DNA from: Candidatus Omnitrophota bacterium
GTDB taxonomy: Bacteria > Omnitrophota > Gorgyraeia > Gygaellales > Profunditerraquicolaceae
Assembly: GCA_041662125.1 (NCBI GenBank)
Contig: JBAZTA010000002.1
Coordinates: 396,154 to 460,153, forward strand
Reading direction: 5' to 3'
DNA length: 64,000 nt
The translations under genes and the position numbers were made by a program. Shown in pieces: positions 35,211 to 44,336 of this stretch. The notes under the pieces were generated by a model. The model ran no database searches, had not been told where the DNA came from, and saw only the letters and a list, made by a program, of their open reading frames with translations. Numbering within the stretch: the first letter of the stretch is position 1; each line of letters starts with the position of its first letter.

Positions 35211-36030
35211 GAAAATCAATTTAGGTGATTGCCAAAAGGTGAAAACCTTACTTAACGGTTTGAGGGTAAATACGGTTTGCCGGGAAGCAAGCTGCCCGAA
35301 TATCGGTGAGTGTTTTGCGAAAAATCAGGCTACTTTTTTGATATTGGGGGCGGTGTGCACGCGCAGCTGCACTTTTTGCGGCGTCAGAAAAGCTGAACCT
35401 TTGCCTGTTGATCCGGATGAGCCTTTTCGTGTCGCGGAAGCGGCCCGCAAACTTGGCCTTAAACATGTCGTGATCACCAGTGTCACCCGTGATGATTTAG
35501 ATGATGGGGGAGCTCATTATTTCGCAGAGACTATTTCTGCAATACGCGCCGGCAACGGCACAGTGACCATTGAGGCCCTTATCCCTGATTTCCAGCTTAA
35601 TACAAGAGCTCTTGTAACAGTCGTTGAAGCTGCCCCCGATATTATCGGGCATAATATTGAATGTGTCCCTCGGCTTTACCAGGCAATACGTTTAGGTTCA
35701 GACTATGCCCGTTCTTTAGCGGTGTTGCGAACGATCAAAGAGATCGATAGAAATATCTATACAAAATCAGGTATTATGTTAGGATTAGGAGAAGCGAGGC
35801 CGGAAGTCGGGCGTGTTTTTAGAGACCTGGTGAAAACAGGTTGTGATTTTATAAGTATTGGGCAGTATTTATCTCCCAGCGTTTCTCATGCGCCAGTCAA
35901 AGAATATATTTGCCCTGAAGATTTCGAGTATTACCGTCAGCAGGCAAAAGCCGCCGGGTTTCGCCATGTGGTAAGCGGGCCGTATGTCCGCAGCTCGTAT
36001 TTGGCGGGTGAGTATTTAGACAAGAAATAA
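35161..36030 (+). CDS. lipA: Lipoyl synthase (radical SAM)
   Basis: CREASCPNIGEC auxiliary-cluster motif and CTRSCTFC radical-SAM motif. ATG at 35161 preferred over the overlapping track start. Confidence 0.85.
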   Translation: MHMTIKPHARKPRWLNKKINLGDCQKVKTLLNGLRVNTVCREASCPNIGECFAKNQATFLILGAVCTRSCTFCGVRKAEPLPVDPDEPFRVAEAARKLGLKHVVITSVTRDDLDDGGAHYFAETISAIRAGNGTVTIEALIPDFQLNTRALVTVVEAAPDIIGHNIECVPRLYQAIRLGSDYARSLAVLRTIKEIDRNIYTKSGIMLGLGEARPEVGRVFRDLVKTGCDFISIGQYLSPSVSHAPVKEYICPEDFEYYRQQAKAAGFRHVVSGPYVRSSYLAGEYLDKK

Positions 36031-36045
36031 AAGAGTGGAGTGGAA

Positions 36046-37011
36046 ATGAAAGTAATTGTTACGGGTGGGGCGGGGTTTATCGGAAGTTGCCTGGTATGGA
36101 AGCTTAACGCCGAAGGCATAACCGATATTATTGTCGTCGACGAAAAAGGCAGGGAAAAGGCCGGAAACTTAAAAGGAAAGAAAATCTCCTCTTTTATGGA
36201 AAAGAACGCCTTTTTAGCGTCTTTGGGGAAGCTTGACTTACCGGGGCGCGGGAATATCGTTGTGCATATGGGGGCAGCGACTTCGACTACTGAATTAGAT
36301 GCTTCGTATTTAATTGAAAATAATTATTTGTATACTAAGACGCTGGCGATGTGGGCTTTGAAGAAAAAGACGCCTTTTCTTTACGCATCTTCCGCTTCTA
36401 CGTATGGCGACGGAGAGCTGGGGTATAGTGATGCCGATAGGGTCACTCCTAAACTTAAGCCGCTGAATATGTACGGTTATTCAAAACACGCCTTTGATCT
36501 GTGGCTGCTTAATAACAGGCTCACTGATAAAGTTACCGGTTTTAAATTTTTTAATGTCTTTGGCCCTAACGAATACCATAAAGGCGCGATGAAAAGCGTT
36601 ATCGCTAAAACATTCGATACAATAGCCGCCGGTGAAACGATGCAATTGTTTAAATCATATAAAAAAGAATATGCCGACGGAGAACAACAGCGCGATTTTA
36701 TCTATGTCAAAGATGCTGTTGAGATCGTTTACTTTTTTTTAGAGCATTTGGATAAAAAAGGGATTTTTAACGTGGGGACCGGAAAAGCCAGAAGTTGGAA
36801 TGATGTGGCGCATGCATTGTTTTCCTCCCTGCAGCAGCGGCCGCGTATCGAATATATCCCGATGCCTGAAGAGCTTAAGGCGCGGTATCAATATTTTACT
36901 CAGGCAAATTTAACTAAACTGCGTAAGGCAGGCTGTCACCATAGATGTTTAAGCCTGGAAGAGGCGGTCCGGGATTATGCCGGTTATTTAAAAGATCGTG
37001 CGTATCTGTAA
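36046..37011 (+). CDS. hldD: ADP-L-glycero-D-manno-heptose 6-epimerase
   Basis: MKVIVTGGAGFIGS and overall HldD/RfaD similarity. RBS GGAG 5 nt upstream of ATG 36046. The alternative GTG at 36040 is in frame. Confidence 0.75.
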   Translation: MKVIVTGGAGFIGSCLVWKLNAEGITDIIVVDEKGREKAGNLKGKKISSFMEKNAFLASLGKLDLPGRGNIVVHMGAATSTTELDASYLIENNYLYTKTLAMWALKKKTPFLYASSASTYGDGELGYSDADRVTPKLKPLNMYGYSKHAFDLWLLNNRLTDKVTGFKFFNVFGPNEYHKGAMKSVIAKTFDTIAAGETMQLFKSYKKEYADGEQQRDFIYVKDAVEIVYFFLEHLDKKGIFNVGTGKARSWNDVAHALFSSLQQRPRIEYIPMPEELKARYQYFTQANLTKLRKAGCHHRCLSLEEAVRDYAGYLKDRAYL

Positions 37012-37029
37012 AAAAGAAGAGGGAGCGCT

Positions 37030-37764
37030 ATGGCACAAGTAAAATTGAACATCAAACTTCTCGATATGACCCAAAATCCGGTCGCGCTTATTTATGCGGC
37101 CTGCCGGCAGTGTTATTCCAGTAAATTCGCCGGAGATATTTTTGCGGACTCAACGCAAGATTCCCAGAAGCAGGAAGAGTTTATCCGTAAAGTCGCGGCT
37201 TCAGGGCATGAAAGCCCTTTGGAACATGTGAAATTCTCCTTTGCTATTGAAGGTGTTTCGCGGGCGTTGACCCATCAGCTGGTGCGCCACAGGATAGCGT
37301 CGTATTCCCAGCAGAGCCAGCGCTATGTTAAGGCAAGCTCTTTTAATTATATTATTCCTCCGACGATAGAAGAGGATAAGTCCCTGTGCGCTAAATTCAT
37401 TAAGATCATGGATGATATCCAGAAGCATTATGACGAGATGCTGGAAGCCTTTAAGGTAAAAGGCAAGGCCGGAGAAGCCGCAAATCAGGATGTGCGGTTC
37501 TTGTTGCCTCAGGCAGTAGAGACTAAGATCGTGGTAACGATGAATTGCCGGGAACTGATACATTTCTTTCAACAGCGCTGCTGTACGAGGGCTCAGTGGG
37601 AGATACGCTGTCTGGCTTCGAAAATGCTGGAGATCTGTAAGATAAATCTGCCTTCGGTTTTCTCTGAGGTAGGCGCGAAATGCGTAAATTTAAGCTATTG
37701 CCCTGAATCTAAACAATTTAGCTGCGGCAAATATCCGGTCAAAGATGATGTGATCAAAGGGTAG
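37030..37764 (+). CDS. thyX: Flavin-dependent thymidylate synthase
   Basis: ThyX RHRxxSxxxxSxR motif (RHRIASYSQQSQR). Confidence 0.85.
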   Translation: MAQVKLNIKLLDMTQNPVALIYAACRQCYSSKFAGDIFADSTQDSQKQEEFIRKVAASGHESPLEHVKFSFAIEGVSRALTHQLVRHRIASYSQQSQRYVKASSFNYIIPPTIEEDKSLCAKFIKIMDDIQKHYDEMLEAFKVKGKAGEAANQDVRFLLPQAVETKIVVTMNCRELIHFFQQRCCTRAQWEIRCLASKMLEICKINLPSVFSEVGAKCVNLSYCPESKQFSCGKYPVKDDVIKG

Positions 37765-37775
37765 GAAGGCGTGCG

Positions 37776-38180
37776 ATGAAAATTCTGGTAGCGGTAGTCT
37801 GTGAGCATTCCTGGGTTGAAGACGGTTGCTTATCTGTTTGCAGGGCATTTGATACTGTGTTTGCGGTTAGTTTTCCCTATAGTATCCCCCGTTTAAGCGT
37901 GGCGCTACGGGTGCTCTTACGAAGGACAGAAACAGGTGAGCACCGGATCAATGTTTCCCTCTCAGATGCCGACGGAAAAAAACTGATGAATACGGATTTT
38001 AGCGTTACCATGCAGCTTGCGGCAGAGTCTGTTTCAGAATCTTCATTTTCATTCGCGCTCAATGGCCAAAATGTCGTTTTTACCAAAGCCGGAGATTACG
38101 TGGTTGATATCGTTATTGACGGGAAAGTTGAAGCAAGTATTCCCCTTTATGTAAAAGAAAAACAGCCGCCTGTAGCATAG
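37776..38180 (+). CDS. Hypothetical protein (134 aa)
   Basis: AGGAAGG RBS and ATG start. No recognisable motifs. Confidence 0.4.
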   Translation: MKILVAVVCEHSWVEDGCLSVCRAFDTVFAVSFPYSIPRLSVALRVLLRRTETGEHRINVSLSDADGKKLMNTDFSVTMQLAAESVSESSFSFALNGQNVVFTKAGDYVVDIVIDGKVEASIPLYVKEKQPPVA

Positions 38181-38324
38181 TTTTAGCAAAAACTTCCCTC
38201 TCTCAAGTATCCTTTTCCCTGAATTCTCCCAATCTCTTAGAATAAACAATGATCTCCCGCGTAAAATGGTTTTAACTGATTGCGGCTGGATGATTTATGT
38301 GCGGTAAATTTAGTTCTATTGCGG

Positions 38325-38353
38325 TTGACAGGGGCGAGTTTCTGCTATATAAT
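38325..38353 (+). promoter_or_regulatory. Strong sigma70-like promoter upstream of lysS
   Basis: TTGACA, 17-nt spacer, TATAAT (perfect consensus hexamers and spacing). Confidence 0.65.
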
Positions 38354-38400
38354 TATAGCTCAATGCAGGGGAATTAAATTATTAAAATTGGAAGGCAAAG

Positions 38401-39861
38401 ATGGAATTAAATGAGATTATTGAACAACGTAAGTTAAAATTAGAAGCGCTGAAAGCTAAGTCTATAAATGTTTATCCAAGCAAGGTTGCCGCCAGCACTG
38501 ATATCGCGGATGTTTTAAACACTTTTCAGGAAACAAAAAAGGCTTCGGTATGCGGCCGCGTTTACGCCAAGCGCAGCCATGGTAAAGTGGTTTTTATGGA
38601 CTTGCGGGACAGGACCGGCAGGATCCAATTGTATATTAAATCTGATTTTATTGGACAGGAAAACTTCGCGTTATTGGATAATATTGATATCGCCGATTTC
38701 TTAAGCGTTACGGGAGAGCTGTTCAAGACTCATACGGGAGAGCCGACAATAAAAGTGGAAACATATGCCGTTATCTCAAAGGCGCTTCGGCCCCTGCCGG
38801 AGAAATGGCATGGTTTAAAAGACATTGACCTGCGTTACCGTCAGCGTTATTTGGACCTTATTGCCAATCAGGAAGTTAAGAAAGTATTCCTGGCGCGTTC
38901 AAAGATCATTAAAACTATCAGGGGGTTTCTTGACAGTAAAGATTTCCTGGAAGTTGAGACTCCGATGATGCATCCGATCGCCGGAGGCGCGGCCGGGAGG
39001 CCTTTTAAGACGCACCATAATGTGTATGATGCTGATTTGTTTTTAAGGATCGCGCCTGAATTATATTTGAAGAGGCTTTTAGTCGGCGGCCTGGAGCGGG
39101 TCTATGAAATGAACCGTAGTTTCCGTAACGAAGGCATATCAACGCGTCACAATCCTGAATTTACCATGCTTGAAGTTTATCAGGCATACGCCAATTATGA
39201 GGATATGATGCAGCTCTGTGAAGACCTGATCTGTGAGGTCGCTGGAAAGGTTTTGGGGGGCTTGACTTTTACGTATCAGGGCAAAACCATTGATTTGACG
39301 CCTCCCTGGCAGCGGCGTTCTTTTTCCGGTATGGTCAAGGAAAAATTTGATATTATCCCGGCTGATGAGCCGCTTGTTATGCTTAAGAAATTACAGGCAA
39401 AAGGTTTTGCCAAAGAAAAGAATAAGCTCAGCCGTTCCCAGGTCGCTAAAGTCATCGAAGAGATCCTGGGGGAAGATATGAATCAGAATCCGGCCTTTGT
39501 CACTGATTATTTCACGGTGCTCTGCCCGTTGGCAAAGGCCAGGGTTGATGAGCCGCTTGTGTCTGAGCGCTTTGAATTATATATCGGCGGCATGGAGGTC
39601 GGTAACGCGTATTCAGAACTCAATGACCCGGTTGAACAGAAACGGCGGTTCACCGAAGAAGTCCAGGATGGCGATGACGCGCAAAAATCAGTCGATGAAG
39701 ATTATTGTTTAACGCTGGAGCACGGGATGCCTCCTGCGGGCGGTTTAGGTATCGGTATTGACCGGTTAGTCATGCTTTTGACTGATTCCGCTTCAATACG
39801 CGATGTGATCCTTTTTCCGCTCCTGCGGCCGGAATCCAAAGACGTTTTAGTAGATGCTTAA
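38401..39861 (+). CDS. lysS: Lysyl-tRNA synthetase (class II)
   Basis: N-terminal OB fold and class II motifs (FRNEGIS). Length 486 aa. Strong sigma70-like promoter upstream. Confidence 0.9.
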   Translation: MELNEIIEQRKLKLEALKAKSINVYPSKVAASTDIADVLNTFQETKKASVCGRVYAKRSHGKVVFMDLRDRTGRIQLYIKSDFIGQENFALLDNIDIADFLSVTGELFKTHTGEPTIKVETYAVISKALRPLPEKWHGLKDIDLRYRQRYLDLIANQEVKKVFLARSKIIKTIRGFLDSKDFLEVETPMMHPIAGGAAGRPFKTHHNVYDADLFLRIAPELYLKRLLVGGLERVYEMNRSFRNEGISTRHNPEFTMLEVYQAYANYEDMMQLCEDLICEVAGKVLGGLTFTYQGKTIDLTPPWQRRSFSGMVKEKFDIIPADEPLVMLKKLQAKGFAKEKNKLSRSQVAKVIEEILGEDMNQNPAFVTDYFTVLCPLAKARVDEPLVSERFELYIGGMEVGNAYSELNDPVEQKRRFTEEVQDGDDAQKSVDEDYCLTLEHGMPPAGGLGIGIDRLVMLLTDSASIRDVILFPLLRPESKDVLVDA

Positions 39862-41047
39862 GAATGAACTTTTTATAAGTTGGCGGTATTTGTTTACCAA
39901 GAGAAAAGAAAAATTTATTTCTGCGATCGGCCTTATCTCTGTCTTAGGGGTTGCTATCGGAGTTATGGCTTTGATCGTGGTCATCGGCGTTATGACCGGT
40001 TTTGATAAGGACCTGCGTGATAAGATCATCGGTAATTATTCGCATATTACGATCAGCAGTTACCGGGGGTTGAATCTTTCTGAATACGCAGAGATGGAGA
40101 AAAAGGTCGCTGTTCATCCGCATGTTATTGCCGTAAGCCCGTATATCCAGGGCCAGGTTTTGACGAAAGAAGGCCAGCGTTTTTTCGCGGTTTCTCTGAA
40201 AGGGATCGACCCGAAAAAGGAAAGCAATGTTACTAAGCTTAAACAGTACATTAAAGAGGGGGATATCAATGCTTTAGGGGCGGATGCGGTGATCATTGGG
40301 AGAGAATTGGCGTCTTATTTGGGCCTGGGGTTGGGGGCTTCGCTGGAGACGTATTCACCGTCGGGCAAGAAGAAAGAGTTAAAAGTTTCCGGTATTTTTA
40401 CCTCCGGCATGTTTGATTATGATCTGAATTTGATCTTTACCAATATAAAGACTGCCCAGGAAGTCCTGGGGATGGACAATCAGCTCACGGCGCTTGCTCT
40501 GAAACTTGATAATCTGTATCTGGCGGATACGGTTAAGCAGGAACTGTCCAATATTTTAGGCTTTGATTATACCTATAAAACCTGGATGGAGGCAAACCAG
40601 AATTTCTTCGCTGCGCTCAATTTAGAAAAATTAGCCATGTTCATTATCCTGACGTTGATCATCCTGGTGGCGTCGTTTAATATTATCAGTACCCTGATTG
40701 TCATGGCGGTTGAGAAGACCAAAGATATCGGTATCTTAAAGACATTAGGGATGAATTCGGCAAGTATCAGGAAGATTTTTACCTTTATCGGTTTGACGAT
40801 CGGCACCTGCGGGACGGCGCTCGGCGTTGCCGGCGGCATGGTGCTCTGCGGACTGCTTAAGAAATACCAGTTTATTAAGCTTCCCAAAGATATTTATTAT
40901 ATGGATAAGCTGCCGGTTCAAATAGTCTTCTGGCCGGATGTTGCTTTGATCATTATCGCGGCCCTTCTGATCACGTTGGTGGCGTCGGTGTATCCTGCCG
41001 GCAAGGCTGCCCAGTTAAAACCGGTTGAGGCGCTGCGCTACGAATAG
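39854..41047 (+). CDS. lolE: Lipoprotein-releasing system permease (LolC/LolE, FtsX-like)
   Basis: MacB/FtsX-type four-TM permease with a large periplasmic loop. Followed by lolD. Confidence 0.75.
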   Translation: MLKNELFISWRYLFTKRKEKFISAIGLISVLGVAIGVMALIVVIGVMTGFDKDLRDKIIGNYSHITISSYRGLNLSEYAEMEKKVAVHPHVIAVSPYIQGQVLTKEGQRFFAVSLKGIDPKKESNVTKLKQYIKEGDINALGADAVIIGRELASYLGLGLGASLETYSPSGKKKELKVSGIFTSGMFDYDLNLIFTNIKTAQEVLGMDNQLTALALKLDNLYLADTVKQELSNILGFDYTYKTWMEANQNFFAALNLEKLAMFIILTLIILVASFNIISTLIVMAVEKTKDIGILKTLGMNSASIRKIFTFIGLTIGTCGTALGVAGGMVLCGLLKKYQFIKLPKDIYYMDKLPVQIVFWPDVALIIIAALLITLVASVYPAGKAAQLKPVEALRYE

Positions 41048-41057
41048 ATAGAGGGAC

Positions 41058-41732
41058 ATGCTTGAAGCCAGGAATATCCATAAAGCGTATCAAGACAGTA
41101 ATAAAAAAGTTTCGGTCTTAAAGGGCGTTGACCTGAAAATTGAACGGGGTAAATTTATTTCTATTGTCGGCCCTTCGGGCGCAGGAAAATCGACGCTTCT
41201 GCATATTTTAGGCGGCCTGGATAATCCGACGAGCGGGCATGTCCTTTTTGAAGGCAAAGATGTGTATTCATTAACTGATCTTTCGCTTTGCAGGTTCAGG
41301 AATCAAGCAATTGGTTTTGTATTTCAGTTTTATCATTTGCTTTCTGAATTTACCGTGCTGGAGAATGTCCTGATGCCGGTATGGATCGGTTCGGACTCTA
41401 GCCTCAACCGCCAGCAGCTCAACGAAGAGGCCCGGATACTGCTTCGGCATGTAGGGTTACGGGAACGCCTTGAGCATTTTCCCGGCGAACTTTCAGGCGG
41501 AGAGCAGCAGCGGGTCGCACTCGTGCGCGCGCTCATTGGTAAGCCGGCGGTGCTTTTGTGCGACGAACCGACGGGCAACCTCGATTCCAAGACCGGCAAT
41601 GAGATCGTGGCATTGATACAGAAGATGCATCGGGAAAACCAGATGACGGTGGTGCTGGTGACTCATAATATGGAATTGGCCGGTTTGGCGGAAAAGGTAT
41701 ACCATTTAAAAGATGGGATGTTGGCGAATTAA
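41058..41732 (+). CDS. lolD: Lipoprotein-releasing system ATP-binding protein
   Basis: Walker A GPSGAGKST, signature LSGGEQQR, Walker B LLCDEPT. Confidence 0.8.
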   Translation: MLEARNIHKAYQDSNKKVSVLKGVDLKIERGKFISIVGPSGAGKSTLLHILGGLDNPTSGHVLFEGKDVYSLTDLSLCRFRNQAIGFVFQFYHLLSEFTVLENVLMPVWIGSDSSLNRQQLNEEARILLRHVGLRERLEHFPGELSGGEQQRVALVRALIGKPAVLLCDEPTGNLDSKTGNEIVALIQKMHRENQMTVVLVTHNMELAGLAEKVYHLKDGMLAN

Positions 41733-41763
41733 CAGAAGTGGGCCTCTAATGACGGAGAGAAAA

Positions 41764-42633
41764 ATGAAAGTTAATATCAATGGGAAATTCTATGAAAAAG
41801 AAGATGCGAAGATCTCAGTGTTTGATCACGGGCTTTTATACGGGGATGGCGTTTTTGAAGGCATCCGCGCGTATAACCGCCTGGTTTTCAAGCTGCAGGA
41901 ACATATCGAACGGCTCTTTGAATCGGCGCATACGATCATGTTGAAAATGCCTTTGTCAAAAGAAGCATTGAAGAAAGAGGTAATCAGGACGTTAAAGGTT
42001 AATAAGCTTGATGATGCCTATATCCGTCTTGTGGTGACCAGGGGGGAGGGCGATCTTGGCCTTGACCCGCGCAAATGTATTGGCGCGGCAACGATTGTCA
42101 TCATCGCGGATAAGATCAAATTGTATCCGGAAAAGTTTTACCAGGAGGGCCTGGCAATTGTGACGGTCCCGACGGTCAGGAACCTTCCGGAGGCATTAAA
42201 TCCGCAGATAAAGTCATTGAATTATTTGAATAATATTTTAGCCAAGATCGAGGCGGTTAATGCCGGTTGTGATGAAGCGATCATGCTTGATTCTCTGGGG
42301 TTTGTGGCAGAGTGTACGGGCGATAATATTTTTATCGTCAAGCGTGGAGAATTGTATACGCCTCCCCAATGCATGGGGACACTGCGCGGCATTACCCGGG
42401 ATAGCGTGCTGGAGATCGCCAAGAAGGCTAAAATACCGGTGCATGAACATGTGATCACCCGGCATGAAGTCTATATTTCCGATGAGTGTTTCTTGACCGG
42501 CACTGCGGCGGAGATCATCCCCGTCGTCAAGGTGGACGGCAGGGTCATAGGTCAGGGGAAACCGGGGGCGCTTACCTTGAGCCTGACAAAGAAATTCCGG
42601 GATTTAACTAAGATCGCAGGGGACAGGTATTAA
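41764..42633 (+). CDS. Class IV (branched-chain / D-amino acid) aminotransferase
   Basis: GDGVFEGIRAY motif of fold-type IV PLP enzymes. ATG at 41764 preferred over 41713. Confidence 0.7.
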   Translation: MKVNINGKFYEKEDAKISVFDHGLLYGDGVFEGIRAYNRLVFKLQEHIERLFESAHTIMLKMPLSKEALKKEVIRTLKVNKLDDAYIRLVVTRGEGDLGLDPRKCIGAATIVIIADKIKLYPEKFYQEGLAIVTVPTVRNLPEALNPQIKSLNYLNNILAKIEAVNAGCDEAIMLDSLGFVAECTGDNIFIVKRGELYTPPQCMGTLRGITRDSVLEIAKKAKIPVHEHVITRHEVYISDECFLTGTAAEIIPVVKVDGRVIGQGKPGALTLSLTKKFRDLTKIAGDRY

Positions 42634-42667
42634 GGCTCTCTTAAGAAACTCGATTGTACGAAGGGAA

Positions 42668-43183
42668 ATGTCTATGGTATGCGATGTGTGCGGAAAAAAT
42701 CAAGCGACGGTGCATCTTACGGAAATTATTGACGAGCAGATGAATGAATTGCATCTGTGTGAAGAGTGCGCCCGTCAGAAAAGCGTTAAGATGGAACAGC
42801 AGTTTGGCCTGGCTGACCTCCTGGCAGGCTTGTCTGATTTCCAAAAGCCGTCTGAGGAAAAAGAGATCATTTCTTTGAAATGCCCGGAATGCGGTTTGAT
42901 GTATAAGGATTTTAAGAAATTAGGAAGAATGGGGTGCGGGGAGTGTTACAGCACGTTTCGCAAATATCTGGCTCCTTTGTTGAAGAAGATACATGGTTCA
43001 AATACGCATTTTGGAAAGTCGCCGATCAAGGTGCCGAAGGCGGCAAAAGAGAAGAATAATCTGCAGGATCTGCGTTTTATGCTTCAGAAAGCGATCCAGC
43101 GTGAAGCATATGAAGAAGCCGCGCAAATCCGCGATCAGATAAAGAAATTTCAGGAAAAACAAACAAAAGATACTTCTGAATAA
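42668..43183 (+). CDS. mcsA: McsA-like protein-arginine kinase activator (CxxC zinc fingers plus UVR domain)
   Basis: Repeated CxxC pairs (CDVCGK...CEEC; CPECG...CGEC). C-terminal UVR motif (EAYEEAAQIRDQI). Confidence 0.7.
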   Translation: MSMVCDVCGKNQATVHLTEIIDEQMNELHLCEECARQKSVKMEQQFGLADLLAGLSDFQKPSEEKEIISLKCPECGLMYKDFKKLGRMGCGECYSTFRKYLAPLLKKIHGSNTHFGKSPIKVPKAAKEKNNLQDLRFMLQKAIQREAYEEAAQIRDQIKKFQEKQTKDTSE

Positions 43184-43194
43184 GAGGAAACTCT

Positions 43195-44250
43195 ATGGAA
43201 TTAAATGATTTAATGAAAAATCCCAGTGAGTGGTTAAAGGGCAGCGGCCCTCATTCAGATATTGTCATCTCAAGCCGCATCAGGCTGGCCCGTAACCTTG
43301 ACAAGATCCCGTTTCCGAACTGGGCAAATAAGAAACAGGTAAAACAAGTCTTGGATACGGTAGTTGATGCTGTTGGTAAGGTTGCCTGCCTCAATAAGAC
43401 GAGTGTTTTAAAGATGGCTGATATCGGCAATACCGATAAACAATTCCTGGTTGAGCGGCACTTGATGTCTCTGGATCATGCTCAGAAAGATAATTCCCGC
43501 GCTATTGTCATAGATGAAGATGAAGTAATCTCTATTATGATCAACGAAGAAGATCATATTCGTATCCAGGTAATGCAGTCAGGTTTTAATCTTTATGAAT
43601 GCTGGAATATCATTAATCGTATTGATGACGGATTGTCGGGAGAATTGAAATTCGCTTTTTTACCTGATTGGGGGTATTTGACTGCTTGTCCTACGAATAT
43701 CGGCACGGGTATGCGCGGTTCAGTCATGCTGCATCTGCCGGCGCTGGTAATGACGCGGCAGGTTAACCACGTTTTGGCGGCAATCGCGAAACTCAGTTTT
43801 ACCACGCGCGGGTTATACGGTGAAGGCACCCAGGCAAGCGGGAATTTCTTCCAGATATCAAATCAGGTTTCTTTAGGCCAGAAAGAAGAAGAGATCATTG
43901 AGAATATTAACGGTTTGATCAGGCAGATCATTGAGCAGGAAAATCAGGCGCGTGAAGTATTGCTTTCTCAGAACAGGGCATTGGTGGAAGATAAGGTAAA
44001 CAGGAGTTTTGGGATCTTAAAGAGCGCCCATATTATTACCAGCCAGGAAACCATTGAGCTTCTTTCCATGGTCCGTTTGGGTTTTGATTTGGGCATGGTC
44101 AAAGATATCGACCGGCGCACGATCAACGAGCTTTTTATTATTATTCAGCCGGCGCATTTGCAAAGATTAGATGAAAAGAAGATCTCTTCACAGGAACGCG
44201 ACGTCAAGCGGGCGGAGCTGATCCGTAAAAGGCTTACGAATAGTCGATAG
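43195..44250 (+). CDS. mcsB: Protein arginine kinase (ATP:guanido phosphotransferase)
   Basis: CPTNIGTGMRGSV phosphagen-kinase active-site motif. Confidence 0.85.
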   Translation: MELNDLMKNPSEWLKGSGPHSDIVISSRIRLARNLDKIPFPNWANKKQVKQVLDTVVDAVGKVACLNKTSVLKMADIGNTDKQFLVERHLMSLDHAQKDNSRAIVIDEDEVISIMINEEDHIRIQVMQSGFNLYECWNIINRIDDGLSGELKFAFLPDWGYLTACPTNIGTGMRGSVMLHLPALVMTRQVNHVLAAIAKLSFTTRGLYGEGTQASGNFFQISNQVSLGQKEEEIIENINGLIRQIIEQENQAREVLLSQNRALVEDKVNRSFGILKSAHIITSQETIELLSMVRLGFDLGMVKDIDRRTINELFIIIQPAHLQRLDEKKISSQERDVKRAELIRKRLTNSR

Positions 44251-44336
44251 TTCGCCGTTGAGAGAATGTACCTTTGAGAATAATTACATCAGGTTAGAAA
44301 AAGTCTACGGAGAATTACAAAAGGGGGTATTTGAAA

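Noticed and set aside
38181-38400. Possible T-box or riboswitch leader upstream of lysS
   Set aside because: The 220-nt leader has a strong promoter but no T-box specifier or antiterminator consensus (AGGGTGGNACCGCG) and no lysine-riboswitch core, so it was treated as a plain 5' UTR.
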